Source: Sphagnum compactum (taxonomy: Eukaryota). Taken from it: DNA of 64,000 bases. Of this stretch, positions 24,908-39,580 are shown piece by piece. Numbering within the stretch: the stretch's first letter is position 1; every line of letters starts with the position of its first letter. The stretch covers positions 26,836,213 through 26,900,212 of the forward strand of contig OZ234493.1 of assembly GCA_965153455.1 (NCBI GenBank). Direction: 5' to 3'. A program made the translations under genes and the position numbers. Below the pieces are notes generated by a model, which saw nothing but the letters and a program-made list of their open reading frames with translations, had not been told where the DNA came from and made no database searches.

Positions 24908-27900
24908 TTTTGTAGGAGGGATATTTATGGATATAAAGTACCCTTCAAATATAATACAAATTTTCTGCAAGTGGTTTATGGTAACACTACAGTGGTCTGT
25001 TTAAGGACCTCTACAGTTGCTCCTGGGCAGCAAAGCCCTGCTAACCAAATGCCGTTGACTATCTTCAATAGGTGCCTCTATGGAGTCCGATAAATAATGA
25101 GGCTTGAGTTGTTCCATTTTAGGGCTATGGGGTGGGTGTAATCCTCATTTTTAAAGAGTGCAAAATCTACAAAAAGATTAGGTTTTGTTTTATGGCTTTT
25201 TTTTGGTCATTATAATCTGTCACTTCTTATGGCAACATTTTGAACATGGCTAATCTCCCATTGTTTTAAATTTGAGGATTATAACATTTGTTACCATTAC
25301 TGTGTTGTTAATTAGCTACCATCATGGAAAATATTTAGTACACCATCTATTTTACGTCTTTTTCTAGCTCGATGCAAGTTTCTAATAATCACATTGAAAA
25401 AATGGTTACATCTTCACCCTTTGTTTGCAAAACAATGGTGAAGACAACATAAAATGTAACTAAAGGATGGATTAGGATCGGTTCCTATTTCTAGTTTGTG
25501 CATTATCAACTTGATTTATGTTCTTTATGTATTATATTCACAAATCATGGAAAATACAAGCAAGAAGCTTGTTTTGATTGTTGTGGGCATTGTTGATAAC
25601 AATACAATTGTTGCATCATTTTGGTGATAATGCTTTGTTGTTCTTCCTTTGTTTTAATGTATTGTTAATTTTGTAAGATTAGGGTTATGTGGTAGATGTT
25701 CTACCACAATGTTGTTAGAGCCGTTTTTTAGTCTTTGCACAAATGACATTTGTAGAGGTGCTAATGGCCAACTTTTTTCTTATTGTTTTTGTCTATTCTT
25801 ATGTAGCTCACATAGTTTGTTTAATTTCCATTGATAAGGGTTCAATTCATTCCATGTACCAAAGACATTGATTTGAATATTTATCATTTACAATCCACCA
25901 CCGCCAAAGTGGAATGGAGTGATATAAAAGGTGAGATATTAGTGATGAATGTGGTTTTTTTTTCAAATTCCTCAAGTAGGTGCATTGGCTAGGATCCTTA
26001 CCATTAATTAACAACACATGGTGACTATCCTTGGTGGACAAGGGTTTTTTGGAATCCTACTTAGTTCTAGTGACCTACATGAACACACTAGTTAAATATG
26101 GCAACTTCTAGCCTTTTTTCCCTCAAGATATGGTGAATTTTGTTTGTATATATTTTTCCCAAAAATACCATTTTTGGTCAATAAATAACGAAATTTTGCC
26201 CCCAAAAAAAAACACTAGTGATGAAGTCCAAATAAATTGAAAGCCAAGTCAATGAAAGGATAAACAACAATGTTTTCATGTTGTGACAATTAGAATTTTC
26301 TTGTTTTACAAAAATTTGAAGCGATCAAACAAAGTCTTCTACACACTTCCACAATTATGGGAACAAATAGTATCACAAAATAATTCCATTTTTTTGTTGA
26401 ATCATAGTGATTTATAGCTAATGGGTCATGCATTGGCTTTAAAAATGTCAAATAATAAGGCCATCAAAGCCATGTAATAATTATACAAATTCAATTTTGG
26501 CTATCCTTGAATTCAAAACCTGATACAATCACTTGGGAAATTCCCTTAGTGATGAATTTAATAAAACATATATAAAAATCCTTTGATGATAATAAAATGA
26601 AAATATTTCACCGAAGTTTTCAAAATGCACTCAAGAAGGCATTTGTCATCTAAAATCTTTTGGATTTAATGTTTGAAATTAGTCTCATTTTGTTTATAAT
26701 TTTCATCTCCCTTCATAATCACAAGGTATAGTGGAAAAATAATATGTGGTTATTATACCATATGTATTCCCATGATGAAACATGGTAATAACCTAGAATT
26801 GAAATAGTTACAAGGTTGTTGAACTTGGTGCCCAATTTAAAAGATATGAACATTTATCAAATATTGAATATTTTTGTGGTTTGAATCCATGACTAATACT
26901 GGCTTTGTATTCAACATTTCAAATAGATCTTGCCATTCCTCAAATCCTTGACTACATCCAAGGAGGAAAACATGGTAAAGGGAGAACCTTTTATTGAACT
27001 TATAAGAATTTAATTCCAAAAAACTAAGAGATAATGAATCTTAAAAGTAGATAAAAATATGGACCCAATAAGTGGATTTTTTTATTTGGGAACTTAAGTC
27101 AACCTAAATCAATAGAAAACTCATCATGAATGGACTTGCAAGCTTTGAAATGTAGTTTGAATGTCAAGTTGCCACAAAAAAATATTTTTAAATGAGCTAC
27201 TAGGAATAATGCACAATAAAACACCAATAAAAGTTAGTGAATCGGAAATTCTTTTATTAAACATCATGAATGTAGATGGGTTGAGCACTACAAGGGTCTA
27301 TGTGGATGCCATCACTAGACATGAAGTATTCAACATACTATGGATTTCACTTTTATGGATTTATAAATTGTGAAAACATCCAACTTTATCAAAATTTCCA
27401 ACACAATGGCATGATCATAATCAAAGAAACCAAAAGTCATGTTAAATCCAAATGAAAAATTTCAAATTTCACACATATGTTTATGCATTGCCATGTGAAA
27501 TCATGGTAGTGATTGTGTTAAATGAGTGATATGAGTGTTGGGGAATTAAAATTAAAAATGCATTTCATGAATGTAATGCCCTTGCCCAAAGGGCAAGGTT
27601 CTAGACTAAGAAACCCCCCCCCCCTCTCCTTTTTTTTTCCCCCTTTGTATGTTCCCATATCGTTCCCATACGTTCATCATTATTTATGTCAAATCTTTCA
27701 TGTCTATGTATATGTGTAGGGGAAATGGTTTAAGTGGATAGGCTTGAAAGAGGTAGGTTATTAAACTATTTTAATATTAACATGTGCATTTTCATGTCCA
27801 TGTAGGTGGATAGGAGAAAAGTGGTAGTTATTAGGAAAGCATTAAAATAGGTAGGCTTAGAAGAGGTATATGTGAATAACATAAATAGATAGATAAATAA

Positions 27901-30900
27901 ACATCAATATTTTTATTATATAGATTCAATTTTAAGTTTTGGTTTTAATTAAATACTTTTGAGCTTGAACAATACTTGCATAAAATAAGGATAGTTTTGC
28001 AAAGGACTACATTGAGGGCCTTTTTCACCCAAAAAACATTTGACAAGAAAAAAATAAAGATGATAATAACCTATTACCCACACTAAAAAAAACACTCAAT
28101 TATTTAAAAGACGTGAAATTTGAAATTTTTACAAATTTAATGTTCATTTAGAATCTCATATTTTACTATGAGAAACTCTGTTTGTTGTAACTTGTGTTTG
28201 CAACTATTTTTTAGTTTCATGAGACACGTTAAAATGGACATGATTTCTCATTTTGTTTCAAGACTCTTTTACAACTTGTAAATGGGTGTAATGTACATGA
28301 TATATAAAACAAAAGTGTAGTTTGTAATACAAGAAATTGAACCCTAAAGTAGTTAATATATTTTGGTATGATTTGAAATTGTGATCACCTTTAAAACTAA
28401 AAAAAATGTTGCGTGAATATCACAAAGACTAAGGGTAGGTGCTCAATCAATTTTCAAGCTAGTTTTCTCACTTAAAATTGTTAGGTATCAAATAAAATGA
28501 ATCCTAGCTTAATAACCATTGGGCACCATTTTTCTTTTGTTTTTTTTAATTTTAATTAAATTAGCTACATGTTGGCTATTATGTGAACTACAATTGCCAC
28601 GTGGACATATTAGTGTTGAACTCTCCAATTACATGTTAAATAAATGTGTAGTTTTTCAAATACTAGGAAATTTTCTAATCAATTCTAATTTGTGAACTTA
28701 GAGAATTTTTAAAATAAGTTTTGGAGCTACAAGCTTTAACTTTCTATCAAGTCTTTTGCAAACAAAAGGGTTTTTTATTTCCAATTTTTGACAACTGACT
28801 AAGCAAGGCCCTTTTAATTTCAAATGCACTAGTAACTTCATTGAGTCTTTTAAAGGACATATGTTGTCAAATAATAAGGTCCAATGGTTGGACCTTGCTT
28901 CCCATTTGTGGCTAGTGTTGGCTAAATTGCCATTGGTGAGGATAGTTGGCATCCACTATGAAATCATTGTCAAATATTATAAGTGTTTTTTATTTCTTTT
29001 TCATCAAATTATTTTTGGTTCATGCAATATGAGGAGAGTGATAATGGGATTTCTTAATTACTCAACCTCCTTTAAGAGATGGATTGATGAAGTTGTAGAG
29101 AAATCTCTACAACAACAATTGCAGGTAACACAACAATGAGTGCAGTCATAACCCCATGAGAGTCGCTCACAAAATGACAGACCATCACCTTCATCACGAA
29201 CAACAGTGACGAGCTATATGGGAGAAATTAGAATTGAACCTTGACCCATAAAAGCCTTTCCCATTGTAACAAAAAATTAACATGCAAAAAAAAAACATTG
29301 GTTTTACATGTTCGACATGAAAAAAAAATCCTAATTCCTAAAGGCCCAAATGAGGGTTGGTCAAAGGTTCACCATATCCCAAAAAACATGAGTCATGGAA
29401 ACAAAGCGCAATTAATTTTTCTTAACAACATCAAAACTCAAACATTCATTATAGCAACTATCAAACTTTAACTTCATTACTACACGAAGAAGTTAGCTTA
29501 AAAACCATATGCCATCATCCATGGCCCACAACTCATACCAAAAATGATATCATAATAATTATGAACCATTAAACACCTTCATAAAAAAAACTTCATAGAT
29601 AAATAAAGGTTTATGTTGCAAATGGTTAAGGAACCTTCCAAAGAAACTTTTGGTGGGCCAACATAAAGTTGAAGCAACATGTAAACAAAGCATGGACAAC
29701 TTTTGAATAGTCCAATCAAATCGCAAAAAAAAAGAAGGTCATAAATACAAGAGGAGAAAAAATGTGAAACTTGGGTAGCCTTGTTGTGATCCAAATTCTA
29801 GAATCCACATTGACCTTCTAATTGTTGCACCATACCAAGTTTTCTTATCTTTCCAATTTTGACTTCTTGTTTGACAAAAGGAAAAAATTCAAGGTGATAA
29901 AAAAATTTGGCTAAACATTTGAATGGTCAACTAGTTCCAAGTGTATGGTCAATTGAATTTGTAATTTAGGTTTCATAAATGTGAGTACAGAAAAACACCA
30001 TTCACCTTTTACTGATCCAATAACTTGCACAATAACAAGCTCAACTCCAACTTGATGTAGTCAAGGATATTTCCACAAGAATTTGTGATGAGGAAAATGT
30101 CCTCCATAACTTGGTAAATGGGTTCACATCAAAAGATTTGCAATGTATGCGTGCATAGGTCAAATATGAGCTTTAATGGTGGGTAGATTTAGACAAAGGG
30201 TACTATGTTGTCACCTTTTGACAAAGTAGAATGTATGGTGACAAAAAGGGTCTCACAGTATACTATAAACCAAATACCCTAAGAAGGGACCTATACCTCT
30301 CCAAGTTTTTTGTTTATTTCTCCCTTTCCTTTGGTGATGTGTCAATTGGTACTATAGAAGCCAAAGAATGGGAGGAGGCCCACTTTGGATTAGTTGTTTG
30401 CTATTTCTTTCTCCTCCATAATAAGTTGGGTAATTTTTGAGTACTTATAGGAAATATACCAAGTGGTAATAGACCATGGACTTTGGTAATGTATCACCCC
30501 AAGTGTATTAACTTCATCTTAGGGCTCTTTAATTTCAAGTTTGTGATTTTTTATGTTTTCTATTTTAGTATTTTGATTATTGTACTCACCACTAACAATT
30601 AACAATTTCAACTAAAATAATTAGAGTTTTTAGCAAAAGGAATTCAATAGCCCCATTTTAAAATTCCAAAATTTTGACGATCAAATGATAAGTATACAAG
30701 GTACATCATTTATTTTACAACGTATAACATGCTGAAAATAATCGTTATTTTGCATGAGATTAAAAGTTTAATTTTGTAGATTTCTAGGATTAACATTTTT
30801 AGATTTTTTATAAATTTAGTCTTTCATTCTATGAATTATTTACTGTCAAACCTTAGTGAGAAGTATGGGCCTTGGGTGAATCAACATTTGCATTAGTGCT

Positions 30901-33900
30901 AGCATGAGATAAATGATGTGACAACTTTAAATGGTGAATGAAGGGATAGGTATAGCTCCTAGGTTAGGTGTTATTGTTCAGGACATTAGATTTACTTAAA
31001 TTAATTTAGATTATGTGTTATAATTTAGGGCAATTATTACCTAGGTTCCATTTTCTTACATTTTTTTGTACTACTTTTTTGCACCCACCATTGCTGAAGC
31101 TTCATTGCAACATGGTTATTTTTTTTCATAGTTGCATAAACCATGGTTGTGTTTGTGTTTACCGTTGTTGCATTCATCAACTTCATTTGTTCAAACCTGT
31201 GTTAGTATTTTGTACCTATGGCAAGTTCATCCATTTTTTGGTGTTGTTTCAATGGTCATATTCATGGTTTTTCCACCTACATGTCCAACTTTCAAATTCA
31301 TTTTCACTATCAACGTTTCAAGCTATTTGTGTTGTTTGTAGCAACAACATGAACATTAATGTTGGCCAATGGTGGAACTTTTCTAAGAAACTCGATTGTT
31401 GTTTTTTTCATTTTTCCTTGTTTTTCAATCTTTTTGTTTTCTTTTTAATGTTTTCTCCCCCACCTTGGTATGTTGGTTCCTTTTTTGTACTTTACATTTT
31501 TTTTGGAGGGGTACCACCAAAAATCATGGGCCCCTTGTGGAAGAAACTCAAGTAGCTACCATAATACCTTAGCCAATTCGACAATCAACTATCAAATATT
31601 TAATTAATTAAAAAAATTCAACATTTAAAAAATAACTATTCATATTTTTGTCAAAAATATAAAACAAAATTTTAACATTTTGACAAAGAACGATTTTTGT
31701 ATAAGGTAAGTCCTTATTGTCAAGGATTTATTGTGTAAACCTCAAACTCCACCCTTGGTGCTCACAATCCAATTATGAAACATTTCCCTCCCTTTCAGAG
31801 ATCTAATTGGATTTTATCTTTCGCCTTAAGAATCTTACAAAATTACCCTATCCGCCCTAGGGGACACTTTCAACATGTGATACCTAGGATTTCCTAGACT
31901 TTTGACACAATCATGTAATAATTATTAAATTTTTTGAAAACATCACAAATAATATAATTAATGTTGAACTAGCCAAATAACTACAGTAGTAAATGACAAA
32001 TGTGTATGAGACACCATTTGATTGTAGTTATTTTTCTTTTCCCTTCATGTCCTTCCACTTCTTCTCAAGTAGTTTCTTTTGTTTTGAGGAAACATTTCCT
32101 TCTTTGTTTGGTGTTTTGCCAAGGCTTGCTCATGGTCATCAAGAAATAAGAAATCTAGGAAGTTTCTTTGAAACACAAGGTTTAGAAAGCTCAAGCAATT
32201 TTGGTCAACAACTTTTTTGGCAAATGTGTTTTTGAAGGTTATAGACTTTTAACTCATGCCCAATTGACAAAAATATTTGTCATTTTTTGATATATTCGTT
32301 ATATAGTTATGATCAATGTTTTTTTTTGGGGTGAAATTTTACACCACGATGACAAAAAAGGTCCCCTATGTCCAAAGGGTTTTTTGGGGAAATTGCACAT
32401 AAATCACCATATTGTGAGGGGAATAAAATTAGAAGGTTGTTAATAAAAACTCTTCTAATTATTAAAAACTCTTGGAGGTTGTTAGTAAAAAAGAATTTTT
32501 TTTAAAAAATTAATTTTTTTTGTCTAAGCTCCAACCAAATTTAGTTCATTCCTTTTTATAATGATCACCAATTCACCTACTTAACAAAATTGGGAAAAAA
32601 ACCCTTTGGTCATGATCGATTGTGGAAGAACAAATGTTTTGAATATTTTAATTTGAAATTCTTGAAACATGATGAAATCTTAAAACAATAATTCATTTGA
32701 ATAATGTAAATTTGAAAATTTGAAATATTTGAATGATGTAAATTGGAAATTATTTTCCTTGTGGAGGTACCATAATATAAGGCTAGCTTCAACACATGTT
32801 GGTTGAAAAATTAATTAAATTTGAGTATTCCATGTCAAAAGTAAAATATTTTTTAATATTCCAAAATATTTATACAATATTCCTTCACAAAATTTTGTTC
32901 TTTGAGAATTCTTTGAAAACTTCAATGTTTCTACTCGAATAATATGAATAGTGCCACAATTGTTAAGGTATTGTAATATTATAATATTTGGATGAACACA
33001 TTCATCCAATAACATTGTTTCATGTTGATTGTATGGCATTTTCTTTAGCATGTGCAATTGTTATAAGAATCGAAATTTGACATTTGAACATGATGATTTA
33101 AGGTTGGATTGTACAAGGAACTTTACACATTTCATAAACATTAAAATGTAGGTGTTGGTTTTAGAAATGTATCATCATGTTTTTTTTGTGGCTATTATCA
33201 TGACTTTTTGGAAGTATATTGTGATGATCAATTGATACATACTAGTTTTTATGTCACACAAACTTGAAGAACTCAGGTTGTTGTGTTTTGATTTTTCATT
33301 TGTTCATTCACATTTACTTGAAAATTCAAATTTGTATACCAACATTTAAAACTTAGTACAATGTATGAAAATAACATTTTTGTATCAATTGTGAATACAA
33401 ACCTTGAAATTAAGTTATTTTATCGTGTCAATTGGTATAAACAATATCCAATAGCCAAAAACCATGTTGAATAGTGGTGAAAATTATAAATATGTTTTAC
33501 ATTTTTTTTGTTTTAACATTTCAAAATTATGTTAACCATTCAAAGTTGTGTTAAATGACCTTACTACAATTGTTAAAGAATTAAATTTTAAAAATCAGCA
33601 AATTTAATTTCAAGTTTTGGTTTTAGTAAAAGATTCTTGAACTTGAACAATAGTTGCATCAAAAGTAATCAATTTTGCAAAGGACTAGGGTAAATGATTA
33701 TTTTAATAAAAAAATTTGATGGTAAAAAAAATTAAATGATAGTAACCTATTACTATTCACATTCAAAAAACACTGATAATTAAAAGTTATGGATTTTAAT
33801 TTTTTTTAAATTTCAAAGTATGTTTCAAAATCTCAAAATTTCAAAAGTTCTTTACCACATGTAAATGGGGTGTAATGTACTTGACATATGAAGCAAATTT

Positions 33901-36900
33901 TTAGGTTATGATATAAGAAAATAAAACTTAAAATAGTTAGCATATTTTGGTATGATCTAAAATTATAATAATGTTTCAAGACAAAATGTAGAACTTGAAA
34001 AAAATTGCACACTTTGAAAATTTCATATTTATTCAACAATGAAAAACACAAAACATCTTATATATTGGGGCAACTATATGTATTGTTAATAACAATTACA
34101 AAAGATTTCATTCAAATTTTCCTTCATGTGAAAAAGTGAAAATGATTAAAAAATGACTCATAATCCTTTTATAAAGTAGTCTCATTGGCTCCTTTAAATG
34201 TATTTGCACCCAACAAGTGTTTAAGATAGGTAAAATAACCACATCAAATATAATCAACAACTAGTAAGTGAGGATGAATGTCAAGGTTTTAGATCATGTA
34301 TAACATTTTATCAATGATGATGGAGATTATTAATGTTATACTTGATGTACAAATTTCAATAAAAGTACTTAGGATTATATTGAGGGTATTCATAATAATC
34401 ATAGTATTAATCATTTCACACATTAATTGAAGTATATTGATCCTATTTATTGTATTTGCATCATGGGAATACATTTATGAAAAATGTTGTAGGTAAATTT
34501 AAAAAATCTTTAATTGAGTAAGGCATTCACATAATGGTGAAGCCTTCCATGTACATTGTTATACAACATTGTTATTTGACATTTCAATAGTTGTGCCATT
34601 TGGGCTCACATTGCATTAATGGAAAAGGAATCCAAAGAAGAAAGTTACACATGATGCAAAACTTGATGTAGTGGCACGGTTGTGTCAAATGGGTATGTCA
34701 TTTTGGCATGGGGAACCTAAAACATTCAAACTTTAAAAAGGTTTGTAAGGAAATGAGAACATATTTGTCACTTGAGCTCTTTGTAAGGTATTTTGAAATT
34801 ATGTGACTCTAGTAATGTTATATGTATCCCAAACACAAAGCCATTAAAGTGTTTTAAAAATATATATATATCCTCTCCCTTTGAATTGTGAAGGTTGTTT
34901 GCAAACAAAAAATGACATATTTAAAAAAGGACAAGTTCACAAGACTCAAGTTTAGTTTAGTTTGAAGTTTTGTGGATCCCAAAATCATGTTCTTTTGAAT
35001 ACAAATTGCTTTGGTACCATCAAAAAATTCGTTTCACATGCCTTCATATATCATTTAATGCATCAAAACGACACGACTCCTATTGAACTATTTGTATCTA
35101 GAAAATAAAAACAAACATGAATTTTATGCATCCTTGATAAATAAGATTGAAGTAGACATAGGAGGCTATTGTGGGATAATTTTTTTAAAATGTTTAAAAT
35201 AGGGATACATAGCCAAAACATAAGAAAGTGAACTTAAGAGGTTAGATAAAAACTAAGATGGCAGCCAAAGAGGCTAACTAAAAAGTAGGATGGTAGATTA
35301 TGCGTGGGAGGCCTGGAGAGAAAGAAAAAGAATGACTTTTTGAAATCATCCATTGCCTTTTTTCACTACAAGTATTAGCATAGGTATTGGTTCACCCTAG
35401 TCAAAGGTACTTGGTACTTGGTAGTTATTGATAATGTTTACATATTGTAATTGTTGGGTACCCTATGAAGTTCTTTCTCATGCGACATACAGTAATTCAT
35501 ATTCTTGCAACCCTTCTCCACAACTCATTTCTTCATTGTTGCTTCAAAGGATGACATATAACATGTTTCTAATTGCATAAAACCTACAATGCATGTTTTA
35601 GATAATGATGGAGATGTTAATATTGATCATTTGAATTACTAGGTACATTGGAATAAGATGCGAGAATGTGGTTTGTAGTAGAACCATTATAGGTGAAAAT
35701 TAATTGATGTTTGGTTGGGTTACAACGACCTTGGACAATTGATTGGTTATCACATAGTTGTACCCATGGTGCACTTGTGGCAAGTTCAGCTTAAAAGGCC
35801 ATTTCATGGATGAGTCCATCTTTATTATGCTCACTTTCTTGGGCTTCTTAATCGTTTTTTTCCTTTGTTTTTTAAAGTCAAATCTTAGACTCCATTCTTG
35901 AATATTCTCCTTGTTCCTTGGCCACATTTTTGTCCTATAGGCCCTTGGTACCATAAAATGGCCCATCCCCCATTGCTTTGTCTTGTGCTTACCTTATAAA
36001 ATATTTAGAATGTTATTTATACTATTATTTAAGTGTGATATCAAAAATTTCCCAAAACATATCATTTAAAAAATTTGAAGTCTTTTTAAAAGTCATTTAA
36101 GTAATGAAAATCATTGGTTATAATGTTTAGGAGTGCTTTTGGGTATTTTACATCCGCTAAATTCATTTCAAACTTTTCACATGTTCCCATAATCTATTAA
36201 AAACATTGTTGTATAAGTACACCAAACATTTTAAACATGAACTTAACTTATTGTTTTAAAACATGTAGAATTAACCATTTAATTACACCTTGAATGGTTT
36301 TTTTTTCTCTATTCACATTCTACATGCTTATTCTAAAAAATTTGTTGTTTATGCAAAGCGATTGAAAGATGCATGTACCCAACTTCAACACACTTGACAA
36401 GCATGTCACAAGTGGGCTTTTGGTTTATTGATTTTTCCCCCATTCTTGTTTGAATGCCCTAGGTAATTTTTTTAGCTATGTCCTTTGCCCCTTCTCTTTG
36501 ATGGATTGAAATTTTAAAAAATGAATACAAGCAATTAATAGCCTCAAATTTATAAGATGTTGCATAAAGAAAGTCATAATGAACAAATGATTTTTATATG
36601 TATTACAAAAGAAAAAGATAGATCTTACATCCATGTTTTTCCATGACAAAATATGTTAACATGGTGCCACAAGATTCTTGGTCAATATTGAAATCATTAA
36701 AACATGTATATAATTAAAAAAATGTTGTTTGTTTGTTTGTGCCATTCATAACTACCTATTCCAAGCCTAACTAATTAATACCTACCCATCAATGTGACAT
36801 GAAAATGTACATGTTACATGTCTTTCTATGTTCATAATATTTATGTTACGAAATTTTTGAATTGTGTTTGTGTTTTTTATGTGAGAAATTGAAAGATTAA

Positions 36901-37759
36901 TTCAATAATGAATTGAAACAAAAATTCAGTATGGTCACAAGGAACTTGAGCAATTCAGTAAGAAATTGAAACAACAATTAAAGACAATCATGAAAAATTG
37001 AATTGAATGAGAAATTGAAACAATAGCAATTCAATACAATCATGAAATTTGAAATTGAAACAAGTCAACATGGTGATGGGAGATAATCAAACATCAAAAA
37101 AAAATTGGGTATAAACTTGATCAAACATTTGGAATCATCATGCATGCACATGATGATGTTTTCCATGTGAACCACAAGCATCTCAACTAATGTTTGATAA
37201 GAATAATGTTGACATAAGGGTGCAAACACAGTTAAAAGGGCTAGGGGCATCAAGATAAAATTATTTTTTCCAAGAACTACATGTGACTTGTGGATTCATG
37301 TGTTGGTTTATAATCTTAAATTATATATTTTTCACACCCAATTTATCACGATGTGTTAGATATAATTTTTTTTTTATTACATATTGATTTTACATACTGT
37401 ATGTTATGCATTCATGCTTTTTATCACATAGAGATGGGTAACTTTTCTTAAAATGATATCCTCAAAATTCATAAATTTTAGGGCCAAAGGAATGTTTGAA
37501 TCAAATGTGTTAAAATGTGTTGTCAAATTATTTTTCACAAATTTCAATTTTTTTTGTTATTTCAATCATCAATGTGCAAAAGGACTTTTGATTTGCATCA
37601 AGTCTTGAACATTGAAATGTTGCAAGTAAAGAAGCGTATTCCCAAAAAAAATTAACAATCTAAATTATTGTGACCCCTTTATGATTTTTCAAAGATAACA
37701 AAATGTAATTTTAAACAATGTCCATCCCTTTAGGTGACTCTGTAACCAAAAGAAAGGGT

Positions 37760-39580
37760 GCTAAACTTAAACAATCACCCTACAACCTGCTGGATCTACA
37801 CACGATCTACAATTTCTGAGGTTCTGGAACTAACTTCAATTCCTGATCCTTTCTTCCTAGTCACGAGCATTCGCCTGAACACACCCTGGAAACTTCTGCA
37901 CATACACTTATGCTCATGGACTTCCACAGCCCTGATCACAGAACTTGAAACTTGTACTTTTATTTACAAAAAATCCAGGGACCACATACTTTCGGCCTCT
38001 AGCAAGTTCATTACCTGTCGCAACCCTTTTGGGCTCGCGACCAAGGCAAAGGGAATTGCAAGGGTGCGGGTCAAGAGGAAGCCCGGGAGTTAAGCCAAAA
38101 GAAAGCCCGGGAGTTGAGCTAAGAGGATGCCCGGGAGTTAAGGCAAGAGGAAGCCCGGGAGTCGCATCACATACTCCCGGGAGTGTTAGAAAGTGTGAGG
38201 GAGTATGAGGGAGTGAACCCTCACACTCCCAAGGCAACTCCCACTTGGGGAGATGGAGTCCCGGTGGACTCCGGAAACTTCAGAGAGCGATTGCAGGGGT
38301 CAAACCTCAATGTCTTGTGACGTTCTTTATATCATTGGAAAGCTCTTGGAGCTTAGATGTTTAAAATGGGCTCGCATGGCTCATTTGAATCTCTGAAACA
38401 CAAGTTATGGCCAAAAGAAGGGTCGGGAGTCGAACTGCCAGTTTGACTCCCGACCACTAAAAGTCGGGAACCGACCCGATTTACTTAGCTGCAGGGGGCG
38501 TGCCACATATCGTTGGAAAGCTCTCGACGAGAGCTACAACTTTGCTTCAGATTGCATTGCGATCCGAGGTCTGCTCGCAAAGTTATGAGGCTTCAAAGTC
38601 GCGAGAGTCCCATTTGGCGCGATTTCGGGACTCCCACGCGGGAGTCCCGGGAAAGATAGCCATTTGGATGTAGCCTCCGTGGAGAGCTGCAGAGTATACT
38701 ATAAGGGGGAAGGTGGTGGCTTCCCCCAAGTCCGGGCCGTGGTGAGTCTTGTGTGTCCGTGTTGCCCGTGGCTCGTCCTAGCACCAAAGGTGCTACAACT
38801 ATGCACTAACCACTTTGTGTGGGTTGTGTGCAGGCCCGTGTGAGTGAATAAGCTTGTCAATTCTTCCTAGTCCCATCCCGGAGCTCCAACACACCCCTCT
38901 ACCCCTCAAGTGTTGTGAGCTAGGGAGCGGCTCCAAGTTCCAACTCCTTCCGCATTGCCGCATACTTGGACCCTCAAGTGGGTCTACGAGGAACTTGGGA
39001 GTGCGTCATTACCGATCAGACGTCTGAGAAGGCATAATCTTCCAGATCGGAGACTCTCAGCACTCACTCAATCCAAAAACCTCCAATCTGCTCCTTCACA
39101 CAGTGCAACAAACTCAACCTCACAGATTCTCTTCTTTGCTGAAGTCTTCTGTTCTGTATGCTCACAAGCCTAATTGTACTTAGAAACCTCCAATACAGAA
39201 GCATCTGAGTTCAATCCTACCAGTACCCCTTGCTGAATCTGGCTCTCATGCAAATACACTCCACAGATTTCTGGTTTCAAAGCCCACTCTATCATCTTCT
39301 CGGACGATGCTCTATGAAGATAGATGCAACTACCTAGCTGAGCTACTGGCACAGCGAAAAATCTGTAACCAGCTAAGAGCTCTGTCAATAATCCGATCTC
39401 CTTTTCTGCCTACGCATCTTTCAATTCATCAATCACCCTTTGCATTAAACTCTCCTTTACCGCCTACTTTTTTTTGAAAAAAAAAGATTGAGGGCCTCCT
39501 CCATAGCCCCACTCTTCAGCACCTCCCTAACCGCCTCAGCCGCCGTCGTTCCAACCACCTGAGCTCATAATTGCAGCTCC
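37760..39580 (-). pseudogene. Decayed ORF of unknown identity interrupted by the solo LTR
   Basis: Removing the LTR plus one TTACC joins ...LCLLRRLI|GNELARGRKYVVPGFF... in the frame of AVKESLMQRVIDELKDA*AEKEIGLLTELLAGYRFF. About 200 codons with ~6 stops. Confidence 0.35.
38016..39008 (+). mobile_element. Solo LTR, 993 bp
   Basis: TGTCGCA...TGCGTCA termini (imperfect inverted repeat); perfect 5-bp TSD TTACC at 38011-38015 and 39009-39013; GC/CpG-rich relative to the surrounding region. Transcriptional orientation not determined. Confidence 0.95.

Noticed and set aside
31013-31555. 180-aa ORF, the longest in the track
   Set aside because: F/L/C/V-rich translation of T-rich degenerate DNA with no recognisable domain or splice structure.
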